NCBI GenBank assembly: GCA_046351555.1
Contig: JAXLYI010000029.1
Coordinates: forward strand, 45,727 to 109,726
Reading direction: 5' to 3'
Source: Polyangiales bacterium
GTDB lineage: Bacteria > Myxococcota_A > Polyangia > Polyangiales > Ga0077539
DNA: 64,000 bases
The notes under the pieces are model-generated. The model searched no databases. It was not told the DNA's origin and saw only the letters and a list, made by a program, of their open reading frames with translations. Made by a program: the position numbers and the translations under genes. Position 1 is the stretch's first letter. Each line of letters begins with the position of its first letter. Positions 57,717 to 64,000 of this stretch are shown here, piece after piece.

Positions 57717-58895
57717 CTACGTCGACGCCACGGTGGGCGCGGCGCGCGCCATCGCCCGCAGCAGCACCGGCTTCTCCCCGTACCGCGCGAGCGCCGCGCG
57801 CAGCGTCGCCGCGGCGTCGTCGCGCGCCCCCGCCCACCGCTGGTAGCGCGCGCACCGCGCCCAGGTGCCCGCCGTGCACCGCGGGTGCCCCAGCACCATG
57901 GAGAGCACCGCCGCGGCGCGCGCGGCGTGCTTCTTCCGCGGGCGGTCGAAGCCCGGCGTGTCGTGCGCCATCGTGCTGGCCATCATCACGGCGAGCGGGA
58001 CCGCGGCGCGGTCGGCCTCCGGGGGCAGCGCCGCGACGAGCGCGCGCACCGCCCCCGCGGGGTCGGCGAGGCGGTCGACCGCGCGCCGCGACGACGCCGC
58101 GTAGCTCGCGAGGTACACCAGCCGCGTGGCCGGCGCGAGGCGCGCGAACCGGGCGGCGTCGTCGGGCGCGTCGCCGAGGTAGCGCGCGACGAGTTCGCCC
58201 ACCGCGAGGAGGTCGTGCTCCTGATACGAGAGCCGCGACACGTAACGTCGCGGGAGGGCCTTCGCGGCGGCGGCGTCGAGCGTCGCGACGGAGCGCGCGT
58301 CGCCCCGCGCGTCCTTCGCGGGCGGCGCGACGAGCAGGTCGTCGCAGATCGTCCGGATGAACCCGAGGTACGTCTTGCCCGCGCGGGTGGCGGGCCGGCA
58401 CGCGCCGACGCGCTCGTACATGACCTCGGCGAAGCGCGCGACGCTGTCGGCGTGCCACGGGTCATCTTCGGGGCCCCCGGTGGGCCCCCAGAACAGCGCC
58501 ACCGGGACGACGTCGTGGACGCCGCGCACCCAGCGCTCGACCTCGTCGGCGAAGCGAGCGACCGACGCCGACAGCGAGTCTTGCAGCCGCGCGTGGGCGG
58601 CGCGCCACGCCTTGACGTCGCGGCCCGGGGACGTGCGCTCGAAGCCCTCGCGTAGCGCCTTCGGCGCGTACTCGAACAGCAGCGTGGACTCGTACGAGTC
58701 GCCGTCGCTGCCGAAGTAGCAGAACGTGTCGTCCCAGTGGGCGAAGTGGGCGATGGGCGCGGGGCAGCCTTGCATCACCCGCGCGCGCTCGGCGGGCGTC
58801 ACCGCGCGCTCGAACCACAGGAACACCTCCTCGCACTTGCCCACCGACTCGACGTCGGGGACGCCATGGTTCACGTACAGGAACGGGTACGTCAT
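57717..58895 (-). CDS. Hypothetical protein
   Basis: 392 aa, GC3-rich, no recognisable domain; divergent from PQQ-repeat gene. Confidence 0.5.
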   Translation of the reverse strand: MTYPFLYVNHGVPDVESVGKCEEVFLWFERAVTPAERARVMQGCPAPIAHFAHWDDTFCYFGSDGDSYESTLLFEYAPKALREGFERTSPGRDVKAWRAAHARLQDSLSASVARFADEVERWVRGVHDVVPVALFWGPTGGPEDDPWHADSVARFAEVMYERVGACRPATRAGKTYLGFIRTICDDLLVAPPAKDARGDARSVATLDAAAAKALPRRYVSRLSYQEHDLLAVGELVARYLGDAPDDAARFARLAPATRLVYLASYAASSRRAVDRLADPAGAVRALVAALPPEADRAAVPLAVMMASTMAHDTPGFDRPRKKHAARAAAVLSMVLGHPRCTAGTWARCARYQRWAGARDDAAATLRAALARYGEKPVLLRAMARAAPTVAST

Positions 58896-58972
58896 CGCGG
58901 CCGCGACGGTACCACCGCCCGCGGCGCCCGATCTCGCGTGCGGCCGCGCCCGATCCGCGCGAGGATCGCGGG

Positions 58973-60013
58973 ATGTTCAGGGCCAACGCGCGTCGGACGG
59001 GGCACTACGAGGTCACGGGGCTCCCCGCGCGCGGTCGCACGCGCTGGAAGTTCGCGTACCCGTCGGGCGCGGGCACCCCCTCGACGCCGCTCGTGCTGGG
59101 CGATCGCATCATCGCGGCCGACCGGGGCGGCGTCGTCACGGCGTTGGAGCCGAAGAAGGGCGCCGCCCTATGGACCGCGAACCTCGGCGGGGAGACCTAC
59201 TCCTCGCCGTGCGCCGCGGACGGGCTGGTGTTCATCGCCACCTGCGCGAAGACCCTCGCGGCGCTCGACGCGCAGACCGGCGCGACGCGGTGGTCGGCGC
59301 CGCTCGGCGACGCGACGTACGCCTCGCCCGTCGCGGCCGACGGCCTCGTGGTGGTGGGCGACCACGGCGGGCACCTGCACGCGTTCGACGCATCCAGCGG
59401 CGCCCCGCGCTGGACGCTGGCGTTCTCGGGCTACCAGGCCGACGGGCTCGCGGCGTACGAGGGGCGCGTGTATTTCAACTCGGCGGGGCCGGGGACGCCA
59501 CCCACGGCCGGCGCCCTCCACTGCGTGGAGCTCGCGACGGGGCGCCTCGTCTACAAGGTCGCCGCGGGCGACGCCTGGTACTCCTCCGCGTGCGCGATCG
59601 GCGGCGGGCGGGTCTACTGCCCCGGCGGCAGGAGCCTCAAGCTCCACGCGATCGACCTCGCGACCCGCGCGGAGGCGTGGAGCCACGCGACCGGCAACGT
59701 CGTGGTGGCGGCGCCCGCGCTCGCGGGGGACGCGGTGGTGTTCGGGAGCTACGACCGCGCGCTGCGCGCCCTCGACGCGGCCACCGGCCAACTGCGGTGG
59801 AGCCTCGCGACCAGGCAGATCTTCCTGGTGGGCCCGTCGGTGGCGGCGGGGGTCGTGTACGCCGCGAGCGGCAAGGAGCTGCGCGCCGTCGACCTCGCGA
59901 CGGGGGGCGAGCTGTGGCTCCAGAAGTTTCCGAAGGACGTCTCCGCGTCGCCCGTGCCCGCGGACGGGGCGCTCTACGTGACGCTCTCCGACGCGCTCGT
60001 CGCGCTCGGGTGA
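58973..60013 (+). CDS. PQQ-like beta-propeller repeat protein (BamB-like)
   Basis: 346 aa; repeated A-x-D-x-x-T-G-x-x-x-W motifs (ALDAQTGATRWS, AFDASSGAPRWT, AIDLATRAEAWS, ALDAATGQLRWS, AVDLATGGELW). Confidence 0.8.
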   Translation: MFRANARRTGHYEVTGLPARGRTRWKFAYPSGAGTPSTPLVLGDRIIAADRGGVVTALEPKKGAALWTANLGGETYSSPCAADGLVFIATCAKTLAALDAQTGATRWSAPLGDATYASPVAADGLVVVGDHGGHLHAFDASSGAPRWTLAFSGYQADGLAAYEGRVYFNSAGPGTPPTAGALHCVELATGRLVYKVAAGDAWYSSACAIGGGRVYCPGGRSLKLHAIDLATRAEAWSHATGNVVVAAPALAGDAVVFGSYDRALRALDAATGQLRWSLATRQIFLVGPSVAAGVVYAASGKELRAVDLATGGELWLQKFPKDVSASPVPADGALYVTLSDALVALG

Positions 60014-60020
60014 CCGCGGC

Positions 60021-60842
60021 CTACTGCGCCGCGCGCGCGTACGCGCCGGGCGTCGTGCCGACGATGCGGCGGAAGTGGCGGTTCAACTGGCTCTGGTCGT
60101 ACAGCCCCACGCGCGGCGCGACCTCGCCCGGCCTCACGCCGTCGGCGAGCAGCTCCTTCGCGCGCATGATCCGCAGCCGCGTGAGGTAGGCGTGGGGCGG
60201 CAGACCGACCTGCGCCCGGAACGCGCGGCACAGGTGGAATTTGTCCATCCCTGCGTGGTCGGCGAGCGCGTCGAGCGTCACCGCGTCGGCCAGGCGCTCG
60301 CGGAGGAGCTCGATCGCCCGCCGCACCGCGCGCGGGTGCTCGCACGTCGCGTCTCCGACCGCGGCGAGCGCGGCGATCGCCTCGGTGACGGCGACGTCGA
60401 GCGCGAGCCGATCCGCGCCGGCCCGCACCGCGTCGTGGAGGCGCTGGAAGGCGGCGCCCCGCGCGTCCCCCGCCGCCAGGACGGGGTGGACGCGCGCCTT
60501 GCCGACCGCGCCCTCCACGGCGCGCGGCGGGAAGGCGACGATCTGGCACGTCGTCCGGCCGTCGCGCGCGAGGTCGCGGACGACGTCGCCGGGCTCCTGG
60601 ACGCGGAGCGAGCCGGGGGCGCTCGACCAGAGCTTCCCGCGCGTGAAGAAGGTGGCGCGCCCGGCCTCGACGCGGGTGATCGTGTAGGTCTCCTTCATCC
60701 CGATGTAGAGCTCGTCGCTCGTCCACCGCAGCGCGCGGAGGCCGGGGAGGGAGACGGAGAGGATGTCCTTGCGGGCCGCCACTGCCCCGTGACTGTAGTC
60801 GCGCGCGGGCCGCGGGGCTTGGGCGTTCTTGGCGGGAAGCAC
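60021..60842 (-). CDS. AraC-family transcriptional regulator
   Basis: 273 aa; C-terminal AraC HTH (DALADHAGMDKFHLCRAFRAQVGLPPHAYLTRLRIMRAKELL); divergent from SDR gene. Alt GTG start ~60782. Confidence 0.8.
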   Translation of the reverse strand: MLPAKNAQAPRPARDYSHGAVAARKDILSVSLPGLRALRWTSDELYIGMKETYTITRVEAGRATFFTRGKLWSSAPGSLRVQEPGDVVRDLARDGRTTCQIVAFPPRAVEGAVGKARVHPVLAAGDARGAAFQRLHDAVRAGADRLALDVAVTEAIAALAAVGDATCEHPRAVRRAIELLRERLADAVTLDALADHAGMDKFHLCRAFRAQVGLPPHAYLTRLRIMRAKELLADGVRPGEVAPRVGLYDQSQLNRHFRRIVGTTPGAYARAAQ

Positions 60843-60905
60843 CGTCCCGGTTTCGCGCCAAGAATCCCCAAGGCGGCGCCTCGGTCACGCCGCAACCTCC
60901 GGGGC

Positions 60906-61658
60906 ATGAACGACCCCAGAGTCGCGCTCGTCACGGGCGCCAACAAAGGCATCGGGTATGCGATCGCGAGCGAGCTCGCGGCGCGGGGCCTCACCGTCCT
61001 CGTCGGCGCGCGCGACGCCGCGCGCGGCGAGGCGGCGGCGAAACGGATCGGCAACGGCGCCCGCGCGATCGTGATCGACGTCACCGACGCCGCGTCGATC
61101 GCGGCGGCGGCGGGGCGCGTCCGCCGCGAGCTCGGGCGCCTCGACGTCCTCGTCAACAACGCCGCGATCGCGGTGAACGCCCCGCGCGTGGAGGGCGTCG
61201 CCGCGATGCGGCGGAGCGGGACGCCGAGCGAGGCGGCGCTCGACGACGTCCGCGCGGTGTTCGAGACCAACGTGTTCGGCGTGATCGCCGTGACCCAGGC
61301 GATGCTGCCGCTCCTCCGCGAATCGCCCGCGGGGCGGATCGTCAACCTGTCGAGCCGCATCGGCTCGCTCACCGTGATCACCGACCCGGCGTTCCCGATG
61401 CGGGGGGTCGGCGGCGTGGCGTACGGCCCTTCGAAGACGGCCCTCAACGCGGTGACGGTCGCCTTCGCGCAGGAGCTCGCGGGCACCGCGATCAAGGTGA
61501 ACCTCGCCTGCCCCGGCCACACCGCGACCGACCTCAACGGCCACAGCGGCCCGCGGACGCCCGCGGAAGCTGCCCGCGAGCCGGTGCGCCTCGCGCTGCT
61601 CGGGCCCGACGGCCCCACGGGGAGCTTCTCGAACGAGGGCGGCCCGATCCCGTGGTGA
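60906..61658 (+). CDS. Short-chain dehydrogenase/reductase
   Basis: 250 aa; TGANKGIG, NNAA, catalytic Y(GPS)K. Confidence 0.85.
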   Translation: MNDPRVALVTGANKGIGYAIASELAARGLTVLVGARDAARGEAAAKRIGNGARAIVIDVTDAASIAAAAGRVRRELGRLDVLVNNAAIAVNAPRVEGVAAMRRSGTPSEAALDDVRAVFETNVFGVIAVTQAMLPLLRESPAGRIVNLSSRIGSLTVITDPAFPMRGVGGVAYGPSKTALNAVTVAFAQELAGTAIKVNLACPGHTATDLNGHSGPRTPAEAAREPVRLALLGPDGPTGSFSNEGGPIPW

Positions 61659-61767
61659 GCGTCCGCGCGCGCCGACGATTCCGCAACGGGTCGCGGGGCG
61701 CGCGGCCATTTCCGTGCGGTGCGATCGACCCCGCGGCGCGGGGCGGCGCGCGCCACGGAGGTGTGCG

Positions 61768-63054
61768 ATGGTGACGACGAGGATGAGCAGAGCGAGCGCG
61801 GTGGCGAAGGCGTCGTGGGTCGCGGTGGGCGCGCTGCTCACCGGCTGCCCGTACGACGTCGTGGTGGGGGGCAACGCGCCGAAGGGCCTCGCGTTCGCGG
61901 ACGGCGACGCGGGCGACGCGGCGACCGCCCCGACGGTCCACTGCGCGCGGGAAGCGCTGCCGAGCCCCGAGGGGGACGTCGTCGAGGAGATCGGCGTCTC
62001 GCTGGGCGGCGCCTCGTGCGCGCGCACCCGGCGCGGCGAGGTGCTCTGCTGGGGGCTCGCGCCGTCCTGGGGCGCCGCGCCCGCCGTGCGGGTGGCGGGG
62101 CTCTCGTGCGTCCGCGCGCTCGCGAGCGGGCGGGCCGGCGCGGCCGTGCTCGAGGACGGCACCGTCCGCACGTACCGCGCGGCCGACGCGCTGCTCCCGC
62201 CGCTGCCGGGGCCCGACGGGGGGCTGCCGGACGCGCCGACGTTCAGCCGCGGGACGGTCGTCGAGCGCCCCGCGGGGCTCGGCGCGGTCGCCGGCGTCGA
62301 CGTCGGACGCGCGCGCTTCTGCGCGTGGGGCGAGGACGGCGCGGTGCGCTGCTGGGGCGCCCCCTTCTTCGGCGCGCCCGGGGAGCCGTCCGCGCCGCCG
62401 AGCGACGGGCGCAGGCCGATCGAGGCGCCGACGCTGGTCCCCTCGCTCACGGACGTGGCCCAGATGTCGACGAGCGTCGACGTGACCTCGGGCCACGGGT
62501 GCGCGCTCCACCGCGACGGCGCCGTGAGCTGCCTCGGGCAGAACGGGTCGCAGCAGCTCGGCGACGGCACCTTCACCGCGCGCGCGACGCCGCGGCGCGT
62601 CGCCGGGCTCGGCGACGTCGTCCAGGTGTCGGTGGCGCAGGGGACCTCCTGCGCGGTGCGGCGCGACGGGCGGGTGATGTGCTGGGGGGGGGTGGTCGGC
62701 GACCTCCCGACCGGCGTCGCGGGGCCGGTGAACTTCGTGGAGATGCGCGGCATCGTCGATGCGACGCAGGTCTCCGTCGGCGGCCCGCACGCGTGCGCCC
62801 GGACGGCGCGCGGAGGCGTGTTCTGCTGGGGCGACAACCAGCACGGGGCCCTCGGCGACGGGACGCTCGACGCCCACAACTACCCCGTGGAGGTGCCCGG
62901 CCTCACGGAGGTCGTCCAGGTGGCCGTGAGCGCCTTGCACTCGTGCGCCCTCCGCGCCGACCACACCGTGTGGTGCTGGGGCACGGGGGCCGGCGCGAGC
63001 ACCGACCCCGCCGCGAGTGGGCCCACGCTCCGCCCGCAGCAGATCGTCCTCTGA
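61768..63054 (+). CDS. RCC1-repeat (beta-propeller) lipoprotein
   Basis: From M19 of ORF 61714..63054 (MVTTRMSRASAVAKASWVAVGALLTGC lipobox); repeated CWG...GxLGDG motifs (CWGDNQHGALGDGT, CLGQNGSQQLGDGT). Confidence 0.75.
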   Translation: MVTTRMSRASAVAKASWVAVGALLTGCPYDVVVGGNAPKGLAFADGDAGDAATAPTVHCAREALPSPEGDVVEEIGVSLGGASCARTRRGEVLCWGLAPSWGAAPAVRVAGLSCVRALASGRAGAAVLEDGTVRTYRAADALLPPLPGPDGGLPDAPTFSRGTVVERPAGLGAVAGVDVGRARFCAWGEDGAVRCWGAPFFGAPGEPSAPPSDGRRPIEAPTLVPSLTDVAQMSTSVDVTSGHGCALHRDGAVSCLGQNGSQQLGDGTFTARATPRRVAGLGDVVQVSVAQGTSCAVRRDGRVMCWGGVVGDLPTGVAGPVNFVEMRGIVDATQVSVGGPHACARTARGGVFCWGDNQHGALGDGTLDAHNYPVEVPGLTEVVQVAVSALHSCALRADHTVWCWGTGAGASTDPAASGPTLRPQQIVL

Positions 63055-63081
63055 CGGCGCCCGCGCGCCGCGTGGTACGGT

Positions 63082-64000
63082 GCGCGCGGCGATGAAGGCG
63101 CGACGCACCTGGCTCCCCACGGCGGCGGCCGCGCTCGCCTTCGCCGGCGCCTCCGACGCGCAGGCGCGCGGCCCGCTCTCGCTCCGCTGGAGCGCGCCCG
63201 CGGGGTGCCCCACGGGCGAGGCCGTACTGACGTCCGTCGAGCGGCTCCGCCCGCACGCGTTTCAGCGCCCGCCCACCCGACCGCTCGCCGCGGAGGGAGC
63301 CGTCACACCCGACGGTGCCCGCTGGTCGCTCACCCTCGCCATCCACGCCGCGGAGGAGACGGGCGCCCGCTCCCTCACCGCCGACACCTGCGCGGAGGCT
63401 GCGGACGCCGCCGCGGTGGTGCTCGCGCTCGCGATCGACCCCACCGCCCGCCGCCCGCCGCCCGCACCCGAACCGCCGCCCGCGGCGCCCCCGCCGACGC
63501 GCGACGACCGCCCGCGCGTCGGCGGCGGGGTGCACGGCGCGCTCGACCTCGGCTCCCTCCCGGCGCCCGCGTGGGGCGTCGGCGCGGGCGTCGGCTTCGC
63601 GCGTTCGTGGCTGCGCCTGGAGCTCGGCGCGACGTGGTTCCCCGCGCAGCGCGCGGGCGGGGCGGCGGGCACCGCGGGCGACGTCGGGCTCGTCACGGGC
63701 GAGCTCCGGGCGTGCGCGATGCTCCTGCGGGGGGCCGCGGTCGGCGCGGGGCTCTGCGCGGGCGTCGCGGGCGGCGCGATGTACGCGCGGGGCGTCGGCT
63801 TCGACCGCAACGAGGCCGACGTCACGCCGTGGTGGACGGCCCTGGCGGGCGCCACCCTCCGGGTCTCCCTGCGCCGCGAGGTGGCGGCGTGGGCGCGGCT
63901 CGACCTCGGCGCCTCGCTCGGCGACGCGCGCTTCCTCGCCGCCGACGGCGCCGAGCTCCACCACCCCGCGCGCCTCGTCGGCCGCGGGGGCGTCGGCGTC
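63082..64000 (+). CDS. Hypothetical secreted protein, partial (continues beyond right edge)
   Basis: Manual translation from ATG 63082: MKARRTWLPTAAAALAFAGASDAQARGPLSLRWSAPAGCPTGEAV... signal peptide + GC3-rich open frame to window end; not in track because truncated. Confidence 0.45.

Overview
This is a 64 kb window of very high-GC DNA (about 70 % GC, strong GC3 codon bias). It carries many lipoproteins, two eukaryotic-like Ser/Thr kinases and collagen-like and RCC1 repeats, which points to a Myxococcota-type (Sorangiineae-like) chromosome. I call about 50 protein genes and find no rRNA, tRNA or CRISPR array. The many huge overlapping ORFs in the six-frame track (67..4665, 2975..6145, 6107..9403, 51229..55908 and similar) are stop-codon-poor artefacts of the GC content. 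Real genes sit inside them and were delimited by recognisable domains plus GC3 bias.

The most striking feature is a full-length bacterial homolog of the eukaryotic major vault protein, MVP (30774..33227). Its best corroborated regions are the shoulder region and the C-terminal cap-helix coiled coil, preceded by an N-terminal region with an MVP-repeat-like pattern. It sits directly downstream of an ada/alkA-ogt alkylation-repair pair. It is followed 71 bp later by a compositionally distinct island (about 33.3..36.6 kb, noticeably lower GC and atypical codons). The island encodes a ParB/Srx-like nuclease/NTPase-domain protein, an unknown protein with a faint Mrr/PD-(D/E)XK-like motif, and a C5 cytosine DNA methyltransferase. 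I read this as a candidate horizontally acquired R-M-like or defence module of undetermined type.

Other content, in order:
- a VIT+vWA protein (partial, at the left edge)
- a serine beta-lactamase-like hydrolase
- a kinase, an O-methyltransferase and an SDR
- an orphan MazF/PemK-like toxin
- Tat-secreted flavin amine oxidase plus DAO-like oxidase
- ClpB
- a divergent GT28 (MGDG-synthase-like) / GT-C (ArnT/PMT-like) glycosyltransferase pair
- a GH28 pectin-lyase-fold lipoprotein
- GST-like protein, YafY regulator and RNase R
- VWA lipoproteins
- DPP-IV (S9) peptidase
- SppA, ComEC and an Rpn/DUF4351 protein
- arcC - P-loop NTPase (COG2403-like) - rocD operon
- a highly structured nested inverted-repeat element (about 48.0..48.24 kb)
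- HU overlapping a UPF0020 RNA methyltransferase
- HAD-family lipoproteins with PDAP tandem repeats
- a lipoprotein gene flanked by about 54-bp direct repeats
- a 3' remnant of an OYE/FadH-like gene
- a Rieske protein
- a collagen-like/HAD fusion
- a PQQ beta-propeller protein, an AraC/SDR pair and an RCC1-repeat lipoprotein

Coordinates of starts are best estimates: GTG starts are common and N-termini are uncertain in this GC range.
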